A stretch of 63,867 nt of DNA, filler included, from Choristocarpus tenellus KU-1152 (Eukaryota; Protista; Phaeophyceae), in NCBI GenBank assembly GCA_964200185.2. It is 13 parts of 13 records of this genome, joined end to end, with 100 filler letters (N's around TTAATTAATTAA, not from the genome) between each part and the next. Parts side by side here need not be neighbours in the genome. Positions count along the whole stretch, not along the records: positions 26,767 to 31,867 come from CAXNAD020011871.1; positions 31,968 to 35,160 come from CAXNAD020021642.1; positions 35,261 to 39,786 come from CAXNAD020014146.1; 10 more parts are not named here. One strand, given 5' to 3'. The translations under genes were made by a program, and so were the position numbers. Shown one piece after another: positions 27,000-38,921 of this stretch; the first letter of the stretch is position 1; every line of letters starts with the position of its first letter. The notes beneath the pieces were generated by a model. It was not told the DNA's origin, ran no database searches, and was given only the letters and a program-made list of their open reading frames with translations.

Positions 27000-28940
27000 C
27001 TGTCAGTCCATCTTTCTTCTCCAACTCTCAATGCTTGCATCCTCACGCGGACAAGGATTCTGGTCTCATCTTCACCATATCTTGCCCAACTATCCCCTGT
27101 CCACAAGACTACATGGTTATGCTCCATCCTGGTCTGTGTCCAGCCTACACTAGAAGAACTACGCTGTCTCAGGATCACGAGGTGATTGAAAACTGTTATA
27201 TTTAGATAAGGAAATGAATGCACTTCAGAGGCAAAGTCGATTTAATTTTCGTCAAGTATGAAGAGAACCCAAACACTCATTACGCTGACTATAATTCGGA
27301 TGCCTTTTGCTCCATTACGCAAAGCTGTTCCTGGAGTGGTAATTGTAATTACAGTACTAATGTTCTTATGATTGTAAATCTTATATCGTAGTTTATACAC
27401 ACCCCTCCAAACAACATGCACATTACTGCTGAAAGCATGTAGTCACTGTCCAAGGAAAAGTTGGCAACCCGGGTACCTTTCTTCGTTACTTGTGCAAGCT
27501 AAAGCATCTATATTACTGTATGTTGCATAATGCCCTACTCATGTGCATGCTACTGTGCGAGATCTGTCCATCATTTTTCACCACACACCAGCACAGCCCA
27601 GGTCTAGGAGAGGGGAACTGAAACACCAAGCGGACACTTCCTTCAATTTCTTCTACCATTCCATTGATTACTTCCTGTGACACAGTCAACAAATATTAAT
27701 TTAATCTACCTAGACTTTAAACATACAACCCATATTTATTTATTAGTGCTTCAAACCCCCTCACAACGGACGATATGTTCAAGGAGTAGTCATACATGAA
27801 GGGAGGAACTATGGCACACACCCCTGACCTTGGTTGGGACTTCATCAACACACATCACTTGAAAATCATTCACACATACACCATAATTGAAGGAGAAATA
27901 CTGGTACAACCACTACAACAATGACAGTATTCCCACTAGTTCTGGAATAGTACATGTCGCAGGCACTCCCCTCTTGCATTTGTAGATATAATAATGAGTG
28001 AGGCCTGATGTCCAATGTCTGCAAACAGATGGAATGACAAAAAAAAAAAGGATACAACAACTCAACGGGAGATGGCTTACCAATCATTGAAGGGAAGTTC
28101 ACAAAAATGACGAAACTTTTTGTAAGAACAAGTTGTCCGTATTTATACCAGTAAGACTTTTATGGGCATTATCAAGAAATAAGGACTGTTATCATTTATC
28201 GCCAGTCCTCCTTCATGCTGTCGGGTATTGTGCAGTTAATTGCCTTGATCAAGTCCACCTTCAGAACTACGAGTCCCTTCATACCTAGTATTACTAGAGT
28301 TGTAACTGTAGAAGCAACTAAGTAATGACGCTCCTCCCCCCCAGCATAATAAGTACGGAGTATTGTGCTACATATTAGTATCATGTGCAAGAAGAGTTGG
28401 ACCAGTAAAATAACGGCAGTAGCTGACCGAACATCCCCCCACTGCATTATACTATTGAGAATATAATCGATCTACCCTCATCAAAAACAAAAGAGGAGTA
28501 CTCTCATGGAAGAGACACATCAATGTTATCATTTTCAAGGCATGTTGGTAGAGAACTCTCACTTGAACAAGTTGCAAAAATAAGAAACAAAGAGATTTAA
28601 AGCAAAAAGCGACGTAGCACACCTGCTGCAAGAAGCCGTCAACTAGTAGCAAATACCCCACCAAGGCGTAGCTAGCGTAACTGTCACCCCTGAATTGGAA
28701 GATTTTGTGGGCAACAACTAAACTGGCTCAAAATCAGAATAATGCACTTGGTTAGGATCAAAACATACACGCAATAGAGCACGGAGTTAGGCGCAAACCA
28801 ATGCTGGATGAATAGCCCCCGCCACAGGCCCCCTCCAGCTGAATGCTGAGGTCCCCTACTGTGTAGCACAAGAGCCATATCCCCAAAACCATGATCATTG
28901 CAGCCAGCGCACGCCCAGATTCGGCTCACAGCTTTGATGG
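27000..28940 (-). CDS. Uncharacterised multi-pass membrane protein, several short exons, boundaries uncertain
   Basis: Hydrophobic exon-sized frames ALAAMIMVLGIWLLCY, YALVGYLLLVDGFLQQ, ATAVILLVQLFLHMILIC...LVILGMKGLVVL, VIVVVVVPVFLLQLW. Confidence 0.45.
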
Positions 28941-29637
28941 AAAGCTTGGTGTAGGGTGTGTGTGTGCGCCAAAAACGGCAGACAGGACCTGCCAGAACCA
29001 TAAAAAGGGGGATGTATATCAGCAGGACTGTACACATACATACATATATATACAGACAGATGAATGGGATTTAGGTATTCTCGATTAAACACTCATTTGA
29101 ATGGTTGAGCTGAGGTTGTGTTACTAGTATGGCTAAGACAGTAATACTGTAGTATAGTAGTATACTGAAGGGGACAATGAATGGAAGAGGTGGAAGTGCA
29201 AGGAAACCCGCTGGAGATTTGGAGCGTTTATGTAGTAGGTGAAATCAGGGTGTGTGTGTTGTATGTAGTTTGAGAGGAAGGGAATGGATTGTGGAAGTAT
29301 GTTTGCAACAATAATAGTGGGTATAGTGTTGGCATGCACAACAAAAAAAAACAATCTCAAAAGTACACTGTATTTCCATATTGTACGAAAAAATTCAAAC
29401 GCCATACATGTTTTCATGTACATTTTTTTTTATGTGACTATTGTTGTGGTCCTGGGCGTACTGGCTATATGTGACATGTTGTTGGGTGTTGCTCCGAGAC
29501 TCCTCCTTACAACCCTCCAAAACATACATTGTCCCGAGAACAACCCTATATACATATCCCTCGCTCTATCTCCCAAGTAAAAGCCCTGATTGGAACCATT
29601 GTGGGCCTGCATCATTGTGCAAAGTTTACCTTCAAAG

Positions 29638-31106
29638 ATGAATGCGATGCACCCCCCGCAGGTAGACCCTTTGGCTGATCTTTGTGGGATACGGTTGCAA
29701 CGTTGGAAACAAGAATCCATATCTATAAACTCGCACGAAGTTTGTCGAGATTTATTCTTCAATGTGTCTGTCCAATCTCATCCTTATGCGTCGACCTTTG
29801 CTGCTGAGTGTTTCTATCCTTAGACATCTAATCTCCCAATCTCTAAGAACTCCATGCCCGTCGTTGCACGCATGCCCTATCTCCTCGATACTTTTTCTGT
29901 GATCTCAGATTCGAATTCCACATTAAGCGCTCAACCTTATTTTGTTGCGCAACCTCTTTCTGGGATTGTCATCGTTGCTACCTTGGATACTCTATGGGCT
30001 ATTCCAACGTAACATCTGCACCACTCTCTGTGACTGTCAACTTTAGGTGCTAGTGCGTAGCCTTGTCTTCATTGGCGGGGGACATGCTCACGTGCACGCC
30101 CTCAAGATGATGGGGATGAATCCCATCCCAGGGGTTGAGGTGAAGGGGTTCAAACCATGAGGAGTGTTTGAGAGTGTGCTGGATTCATTAGACGTTTAAT
30201 ACGCTTGATATAGACTGCCCACATTGTAGTGAGGTATTTTGCCTATGCACTTCAACAACAACAATTTCCATAGATTAGAGTGCCAATCAGTCAGATTATC
30301 GCACCCTATAGGAATCCCTTAGTGGCTAGCGATGCTGGAAACAATCCCCATTGTGCAATGATGTCCATCATCTGGCACCTTGCCTTACGTTCATGATTGA
30401 CAGCTGCGTAAGGTGTCCTTCGACCATCACCCTGCAACTCGACCGCAACTTGTTGTTGAGGTTGGTGTTGCATTGAGCATGGTAAAGAGAAATTTCTCAA
30501 AGGAGAACTGGCTATTATGTAGGTGTACTCTTGGAGAGCTTACTTTGTTGGTTGATTCGTCTTGTCGCTTTCGATTTAAGCATTGAGCTGATTCGCAGCA
30601 ACTTATGCCAGACGACTACACGTAGGTAGGGGTGACAAGGAGTAATCGCGATCTAGCGATAAAATCATTAGTTTCATGAGAGCTTGGCCCTATGATGGCT
30701 CTTTTCTGCATTTCAAATTAGAGGATGATATCGAGCAGAACTGCTGTAGTGTAGCTTCCGAAAATCAACTGTCCGAGCTATCCCTACTCCCTTTCTATCG
30801 CTTTGATGCTGAGGAGTGAAAGCTTTCCGATCAAGGCAGGGTATTGAGGTTCTACATTTCTATCTATGATCTGATGCATCACTAAAAACTAATTCTATTG
30901 CGAGCAAAATCATTAAGTTTGTGTTGTCCTCAGAATTCATTAGTCATTCACAAAACACTATGCAAATCTTACACCACCACCACCGCCGTCGCCACCACCA
31001 CCACCACCACCCGGACATCTTGAAGGTGATACTGATCACCCGCGACGTTAATACACCATACTCAGGAATGCTCCCCGGTCACATTGCTGGGCACTATACT
31101 AAGGAG
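29638..31106 (+). CDS. FAD-dependent pyridine nucleotide-disulfide oxidoreductase N-terminus of the type fused to selenide,water dikinase (SelD), partial (exons 29638-29661, 30047-30139, 31026-31106)
   Basis: MNAMHPPQ/VLVRSLVFIGGGHAHVHALKMMGMNPIPGVE/VILITRDVNTPYSGMLPGHIAGHYTKE. GGGHAH and YSGMLPG are hallmarks of this family. The SelD domain itself is not in the contig. Confidence 0.85.
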
Positions 31107-31967
31107 GTAAGGAGGACAGGACCTGCAATTGGCAGTTAACAATGTTGTCACTCTAGGGGAAGGTCACAGGACTTGAGACATTTCTGGTTTGCTGTGCCCT
31201 GTAGGGCAGACAATGTAAGGTCAGCAACCTTGCCACTGTAGCATGCATTTGAATGGCGAGTACCCATCATTCTGGGTGATGACTGTTTGATGCGAACCTG
31301 TATTTTTTGGGGGGTAGGATTCAGGTTAATGTTAAGAGCTAGTGGTACAGTGATACCAAACACAAGAATATATCTTAGTTTAGTGCCGTGGTAAAGCATA
31401 CGGAACATTATCGATATACTCCGGCACTTGACAGAATATAACACAAATACGTAGTGCATTGTTCTCCCTATCTTTGCGCCTGCAGTCGCTTGTTGTGGGA
31501 TATTTTTCACTTAGGCACCAAGGAGGGGACTTCTTGTGGTTTGGTGGCAGTAGGGGTGGTGGTTTAGGCCTCGAGGATCGGCACCCCAGATTGAAATTGT
31601 ATGTGACACAATTATTTTTTTTTACATATTTTAATCTTATTTTTTGATGCTGAGTTCTTGATTTGTTTTTGATACTACCAAACTTGCTTTGTCCGCCGTG
31701 GTTCCAGACTGAAGCAGGGCATGGCACACAAAGGCCACAACAGAATTGTGTCTATCGAGGCACCTTTCTCACCGAAAAAAAAAAAAAAAAAACCCAAAAA
31801 CTTAGTTTTTCCTTTTTATTATTTTTACCCCCCCCCCCCCCTCCCCCCCACACACAAAATGCTTGTTNNNNNNNNNNNNNNNNNNNNNNNNNNNNNNNNN
31901 NNNNNNNNNNNTTAATTAATTAANNNNNNNNNNNNNNNNNNNNNNNNNNNNNNNNNNNNNNNNNNNN

Positions 31968-32040
31968 CGTCTTGCCCGGTGATTCTCTTCGCCACCCTTG
32001 CCTGAGTGAACCACGCCGCCACAGAATCACACGATTCACA
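31968..32040 (+). repeat. Dispersed repeat family 3 (also 35261-35323 +, ~51880-52060 -), possible retroelement 3' end
   Basis: Near-identical gtgat(t/a)ctcttc(g/a)ccacccttgcctgagtgaaccacgccgccacaga in three contigs. Confidence 0.8.
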
Positions 32041-32150
32041 GTTCATATGCAACAGATAAGCAAGTGGATAAAGTAGTTTTGCCTGTTTTGTCATGATCTC
32101 TTGACCGTTGAATTTTTCAACTAACGTTTGCCTGGCACCAGTGCTTTGGA

Positions 32151-32682
32151 GTGATTCGAGAGTCACATCAAGCTTTATTTCGACGAAAAACTCCACTACA
32201 GTCAAAAGTTAGAGCAGGACAAATTATGTCCTGGAGGCGACTGTTAGCACCATGGTGGTGTAATGGGTACATACGAGGAACCTATTTCTGTCACCTCAAC
32301 TATGCAAATACCACTGGTACTATACTCTTGTGTACAAAGACCTTAACTCCAATAATAGGTACCCTTCCCTTTGACGTATCCGGAGTGCATTGTCATCGAT
32401 GACATCAAGTTTGGCGGAAAAAAAAATGGTTGTCCCACATTCCATACATGGAATTGGGTACATCATAAAGGAGTAATCAGACAACATAATACATTGTATT
32501 GTGAATCGAAAGTGATAAGTTTGTGTGCTTCGCACAAGTGAATTCGAATCTCACCAGTGTCGCCAGTATGTTAAGAGATACGGTATTGGCAGTCGCCTCC
32601 AGGACATAATTTGTCCTGCTCTAACTTTTGGCTGTAGTGGAGTTTTTCGTCGAAATAAAGCTTGATGTGACCCTCGAATCAC
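32151..32682. mobile_element. Foldback/MITE-like element with 93-bp inverted arms (32151-32243 / 32590-32682)
   Basis: Arms are reverse complements with 2 mismatches by eye; non-coding spacer of ~346 bp. Confidence 0.75.
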
Positions 32683-33330
32683 GCCAAATATTGTTAGATA
32701 GGTTGGAGTTGGTTGTGGTGTGATGGGCGAGAGGACGATTTTCCTCACTAAAATCGAGTTACTAAGACACCCGTCCGTCCATCCGTCGTCCAGTATATGG
32801 CTTGGTGGGCTGGTTCTCCTCTCCCAGGACGAGTTTTTTCACGGGAGAAGAAGAGTCGTGATCCTCCATGTCTCATCTGTCTCTCTGTAACCATTAACTA
32901 TTCATTGTTGTTATAGCTCCACTGTTATGCCTAAAAACTCATCAGACAGCAGTCACAGAGCCAGCCCTCATCATCGAGCTTGGCCAAGAATACACGCTCT
33001 CCGTCGTAGTCGCGACCTTTTTTGGATTTCTTGTTCCACAGTGATTGACTGGTTCACTCGATCAAGTGCGAGTTCCCCTCTCGACACACGGCAATTACCA
33101 GCGCGTACGCTCTGCCCAACCTCAGCCTTCGACTTCTGTGAAACTTGAAGCCTGGAGGGTAGAGACTGCATCACGATATCCAGCATGTCCTCCGACAAAG
33201 GGGCTTCCGCAACCATTGTGCCGAGTTCTGCGTGGAAAATCTACATTGTAGTGAGCTGCGTGCGAAGGTTAAGCTCCGAAAGTCTCATACTGAGAGTGTT
33301 GTAGGAACGAAATCATCAAGGTCGCCTCAT

Positions 33331-33634
33331 CTTGATTGATTTCGAGGCGATGTAAGGCGACCTGATAGGTGATCAGCGTATCAAATTAAAGCTGAGAACA
33401 TAAGCAATCGATTGGCGCAACGAAACCCGGTCGCAAAAAAAAACATCTCGATATGATTTTCAGCGATTTTCGTTTTTTGGCAATTCAACCGAACCTTTTC
33501 GGTATTTCCTCACTCAAGACAAAGTAATTTGCGACGGGATTTCTTTGCCCCAGTTGACAACATTTGATCTCAGCTTTAATTTGATATGCTAATCACCGAT
33601 CAGGACGCCTTACATCACCTCGAAATTAATCAAG
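33331..33634. repeat. ~300-bp imperfect palindrome (67-bp arms 33331-33397 / 33568-33634) just upstream of the FNIP ORF
   Basis: About 61/67 identity between arms, plus inner partial symmetry (gcaacgaaacccggtcgcaaa vs tttgcgacgggatttctttgc). Confidence 0.85.
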
Positions 33635-33704
33635 GTCAGTCTGATCCTACATGCGGCTGCCAATACCATATCTGGCATAGCACATTGTTGTACCGCCATC
33701 TTTT

Positions 33705-34778
33705 ATGTCGGACCATAATGCGAGCACTCGTGCGTCTACTCAGAGGAGTGGGCCGTCCAACGATGACATGTTGAGCGATCAACGTCTGACCGCCCTCTTA
33801 CTTGTTGTTCAGGAAGGGTGGCTCCGTCCCAAACAAGTTACACATCTCCAACTGGCATCCTTGGATATGTGTGACGGATGCCGGACCACGGTGGCGTTCC
33901 ATGTGCGAGTCTCGAATAAGAGTCCCATCCAGTTCCTGGAGAGAATATTCCCTCTGGCGGCCAGGCAAAGACTCCTTTCGTCGCGGGTACCGTCCCTTCG
34001 AGTCACGATGACGTGGGACCTTGATCAACTTCGCCTAGAGAGAGATGGAAATCAATCTTCTTTAGATGTAGTGTGGTCTACGGATATCATAAGTTTAATC
34101 TTTGGGCACCGTTTCAATGGGGACTTACACGGGTTTCAATGGCCGACAAGTTTGGAGCACTTAACATTGGGATACCGTTTTAACCGGATGGTGGATGGCG
34201 TGGCGTGGCCAGCAGGGCTCAAGCAGCTGACCTTCGGTGACGAATTCAACAAACCAGTCGAAAGGGTGATATGGCCAGCAGGCCTTGAGCGTCTGATCTT
34301 TGGATATCGTTTCAATCAGTCGGTGCGCAGGGTGATATGGCCGGATCGGCTGCAGCAGCTAACCTTCGGGCACTGCTTCAACCAGCCGATAAATCTGGTG
34401 CAATGGCCGTCCGGACTGAGGCAATTGACATTTGGACATATGTTCAACCAATCTATCTACGGGGTAGAATGGCCTCCACGACTGGAGCTGTTGATCTTTG
34501 GACATAGGTTCAACCACTCTTTGGATGGGGCATTGTGGCCCCCAAGGCTGCAGCAAGTAGCATTTGGATTTTACTTTAACCAGCCAGTAGACAGGGTGAC
34601 GTGGCCAGGCGGACTGAAGCAGCTGAGTTTTGGTCATGATTTCAACAGGTCAATGGAACACATGATATCTTCGGCAAGAGGATCACCACAACTGACCTTC
34701 CGAGACAGCATTAACAGGACGGTAAATGTAGTGCAATTACCGTCAGGGTTCAAGCTAATTGTTTCGAAGGGTCTATGA
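33705..34778 (+). CDS. Intronless FNIP-repeat (LRR-like) protein, 357 aa
   Basis: Complete ATG-TGA ORF with 9-10 tandem 22-aa units L.QLTFG..FNQ.V..V.WP.G. Confidence 0.9.
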   Translation: MSDHNASTRASTQRSGPSNDDMLSDQRLTALLLVVQEGWLRPKQVTHLQLASLDMCDGCRTTVAFHVRVSNKSPIQFLERIFPLAARQRLLSSRVPSLRVTMTWDLDQLRLERDGNQSSLDVVWSTDIISLIFGHRFNGDLHGFQWPTSLEHLTLGYRFNRMVDGVAWPAGLKQLTFGDEFNKPVERVIWPAGLERLIFGYRFNQSVRRVIWPDRLQQLTFGHCFNQPINLVQWPSGLRQLTFGHMFNQSIYGVEWPPRLELLIFGHRFNHSLDGALWPPRLQQVAFGFYFNQPVDRVTWPGGLKQLSFGHDFNRSMEHMISSARGSPQLTFRDSINRTVNVVQLPSGFKLIVSKGL

Positions 34779-35765
34779 ATGATGTTATGGAGGAGGGCGA
34801 AGTTAGGGCGATCACACTGTCTTTATTTATGCCACGTCTAGGGAATGCTCATACAATGACCTTGATTACCGCCATCTTTTGCACACGTGTCTAAAATGTC
34901 ATGTCACTTCTGCCCCAGCTTGTATTGATTGGTTTTTACATCCCTCCTTGGGGTTGGTTTCGATGCCCATCATTCATGTGCTACCTGTCTTGGCTCCTTT
35001 TTGTGTGATATTACTTGAAATCTGGAGTACTTGCTATGCAGTCCTAACATGGAATATTTCTGCCCACATGAGGTTGTAGAATTGTTATGTGTAATGACAA
35101 TTAGGTTCAGGCATGCAGAGGCTTAAAGTATCTAGAGGGGGGTGGCGGCTGTCCATTTGGNNNNNNNNNNNNNNNNNNNNNNNNNNNNNNNNNNNNNNNN
35201 NNNNTTAATTAATTAANNNNNNNNNNNNNNNNNNNNNNNNNNNNNNNNNNNNNNNNNNNNGTGATTCTCTTCACCACCCTTGCCTGAGTGAACCACGCCG
35301 CCACAGAATCACACGATTCACACTACAACACAAGACAAATGTGCATGTCCGTAATCCATAACGTAGGAAACTCCTTCAGATAATATTTGGGGGGGGGGTT
35401 GCATTAAATATGAAATAGCAAGTGTTATTTTTACGTCAGCAGTTTGGTTTTCATGGACACATCCACAAAATGTATTTGTAGTTCTGGTTTTGGTTTTTCC
35501 TGACAAAACTCTAAAATGTTGTATCTATAGGTATATTAGTAATACGTAAAAGTTTTTTGATGTTACAATATTGGAGGTATAAGAATATATATATCCCAAG
35601 AAAAAACACAACAAACACAACCATAAGAGTCTAAACTACTGTTGATTATTTTTGTACAGTAATTGAGTCGATCTATATCAATAGATTGTTTTGGGTAGAA
35701 AAAAAAGGTTGAGAAAATAACATCAAGTATTGTAGTAGAAGTTGGTAACTTTTTTTACCCCATAC

Positions 35766-35960
35766 TTGTTCTACCTCTCTCGAAAAATCCAGCCCACCTG
35801 TTGCGTTCACCCAAGCAACGTCATCGTGATATCGCCGCAATAGAGCGAAGTCGTCAACCTTCCTGCGACTCATATTTTTCGCGATGTGTGCTTGATTTCC
35901 ATCCTGATCCAGTCCTCCGTGCTTCTTCGCACTCTTGAAATGATCTTTGTTCTCCATCAT
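35766..35960 (-). CDS. First exon of an unknown protein, head-to-head with the C2 gene
   Basis: ATG-initiated 65-codon frame MMENKDHF...DFSREVEQ ending at a gtatgg donor. Confidence 0.55.
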
Positions 35961-36034
35961 ATCGCCTTACCTTCAACCAATGAATCCTGATTGCCGAAGC
36001 CCTAAAAGCTAGTCACTCTTGACAGGATCAAGAC

Positions 36035-38921
36035 ATGTCGGAGGAAAAGATCAACACTCGAGATCAGTTCATAGAACCGAGTCAGGTGCCCTTGCTACGT
36101 GTCCATGTCATCAGTGCTAGAGGTCTGCCACGTTCCATGGGTGCTGTGGGAATGCCAGATTCCTTCGTCGTGGTGAAGTTCAACGGAGAAAAGGTCAGCT
36201 CATCCCTCTCTATTACCATATTTTTGGTATGTGTGATTGGTGCTGTGTAGCATATCACCATAGTCTGTAGTGAACCACCCGATTGGGTGCAAGTCTTTCA
36301 ACAAGGGAACTAATTAATATCAACTAGGTGGTGGGGTTTGGATATTTTGTAGCCATGGACGGCCATGCTCTGGTTTTTCTTTGCTCATGTTGAAGAGTGA
36401 ATGGTGAAATCCACATTTATCCCTCCTCGTATTTCACTCAAGAGATGGAGCCTTGAATGGGGCGTTGATTTGCGGTCCTGCTGGTCTATTTTATGATCTA
36501 AACCAACTGCACCCAAAAACGCTGACCATCTCCCCGTCAGGAACCCCGTCCATCCGTGGTCGAGGACCTCGTCACCCATTTAAAAGAAAAAAAAAATTGG
36601 CGTGCGGATCAGTCGCCAGTTCACTGGCCCATTCTCACCCACTTGCTATTCCTCTACCCCTCTCCCGTGTCACACGTTCCCATTTGTCTCATTTAAGGTG
36701 GGAAAAACGAAGGTGGAGAGTCAAACCCGACAACCAGACTGGAACGATCACTTCGATATTCGTGCGGACCCCGGCTCTTACCCGGATTCCCCAATGGTGC
36801 GAGGGACAAATTGGGCTCGGGATGGAGCAAAGGGGCTAGGAGTCGAGGGCAGGCCATGGGGTGCTTCATCATTGTCCCTTAATGGACGCGATTGCATCGA
36901 GGAGGGGCAGAAGGGATGTAATTCCTCCTCCTGTTGCTACTGCTTCTCCTGTAATAATGGATGTCACGATAGCTGTTACACTGACAGCTCTCAACGAGGA
37001 CTTGGGCAGGCAGTCGAGAATCTGGGCAATGAGCTCACCCTGGAAGTGTGGGACCACCATGAGGATGGTGAAGAGAAGCCTCGGAAGGGGAGACAAAAAG
37101 GGGATGAAAAGCCAAATAATATATTTGGTGAGTTAAGCATAATGTTAGTACCAAGTACCAAGTATATGCAATGCTAATGACAAAGTGGTATTCAACAACC
37201 CTAGCCCTAGACTTATTTTAAGCATGCATAGGACAGTTTTTGAGGTTAGCTAGACTAATGTTCAAGTGATAGGATGCTTGTTAAGCCGTTTTTGGGGGTC
37301 CTATTATGCACAATAATCGGACCATCATCCCCCACTCCCATTTTTCTAGGTCTTGCTTCCTTCATGCACCCCAAGCCTCCACTCTGCAATGGCAAGCCAC
37401 ACTACTCAGGACACCTTAGTTTTGTCCATTGCACTTCCTCGCTAAATCACACATCAACAAAATGCTTTAATACTAACTCTACAATGGGAGCATGTTTCAA
37501 AGTGTTTGCTTGCGTGACAAAACCAGCACAGCCTCTGTTGTCGCCTCTTTCACTATCTCAAACTTGACGTAATACGAGACTATTATTGCAGTTGTTCTTG
37601 ACACCAATTTTTTCCCTAGAACTTGGCTGGTGGTACTACATAGAGTATCCATGACCCTGTTGTAAACTGCTCTGAAATTATATCCATTTCATTAGGAACT
37701 ATTTGCTTGAGTACTTTGCATTACTAGTCTTCATTGAGGGTTGACTGATGTTCGTCACCTTTTCTAGGTATACCTTTTTTCGAACCATTGGTCATGATTT
37801 AGATAGCTACGGTGGCATGAGACATTAATGTGCACCTGTGGGCAATGCCGAAACACTGTTGCATCAATGAAACTCAGTGCAGCTGCATCCCCGTCCCTTC
37901 AAATTTCCCTCCAAAAGACAAGGGAGAACACCCCCTCAACCTCATTCCATCCCTCCCCCTCCCCCTCCCCCAGATGACCGTCTGTTTGACTTGAGCTTTG
38001 TTTCAAAGAGATTGGGCAAGCGTGCAATGAGGGGGGTGACCACGGCTGTGACTGGACGTAGTCGTGTAATTGGTGTGTGTAACATAGGGACACCAATGCT
38101 GAGGGCGTTGGGAGCCTCGGCGGAGCCCATGGACCTCAAGCTGCGGGACCCTAAGTAAGTGACTGTTCCTTTCCCCTCCTGCAGTGTGATTTCTGTCTTG
38201 AAACTGATTGATACTGTTGAATATTTCCATGACATGGCTTCAATGCTGGGTAGTATGAGAGGCGCTGTGATTGGCGTACCACTAGGGTGTTTTAAACAAT
38301 TGAAGATAGCAATCGAGAAAGTGGTTTGATTTCAGTGCTGCTTTTGCAATTGCAACTGCATAATTAGCTCGTCCCATCCCCATCCCCATCCCCATTCTCA
38401 TACCACCCCCAACCCTTTTGAGTTCTTATGACATGGTAGATACCCACCAAGTAGATGGCAACGGTGCCGTATGATTCTCCAGCATTTCATGTGTTGGTCT
38501 TTCTCATTGTTTGCACCTGACAACGCACCATTGACAATGCACCATGTGGCCCATTATGTTTGCCTCATGAAGCGTTCTCGTTGAATCGCTCCTTTCGTAT
38601 CATCGATGTTTGTTGTTCATCTGGCGAAACACTTGTATCCCACCTCCACCTCTTTTTCCCTTGTTCAACACCAGGGGAGGCTGGTGGGGCAAGGGAACCA
38701 TCCGAGTGGGTGTTAGCCTAGAGCGGTTGCGTGCCGTGGTGATTGGAGCTCAACTTGAAGTTGACACCCCTTTGCTGGCTGGTATCAATGGTGTGCAAGG
38801 TTCTCAAGAGGAGGATGTAGCGTCAGGAGCCTTAGCAGGGAGTGTAGGTGTTGAGGGGGGTCGAGAGCGAGGGGCTGCTGCAGGAGGAGAGGACAAGGGC
38901 AGAACTGAACTCACATGCAAG
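36035..38921 (+). CDS. C2-domain protein, partial (exons 36035-36193, 36698-37127, 37974-38154, 38675-38921)
   Basis: LRVHVISARGLP...PDSFVVVKFNGEK/VGKTKV..TRQPDWNDHF...LTLEVWDH; all junction phases are compatible. Confidence 0.85.

Noticed and set aside
30971-31012. Poly-His tract in ORF 30921-31139 as a metal-binding motif
   Set aside because: It is an intronic (CAC)n microsatellite upstream of the acceptor at 31025.
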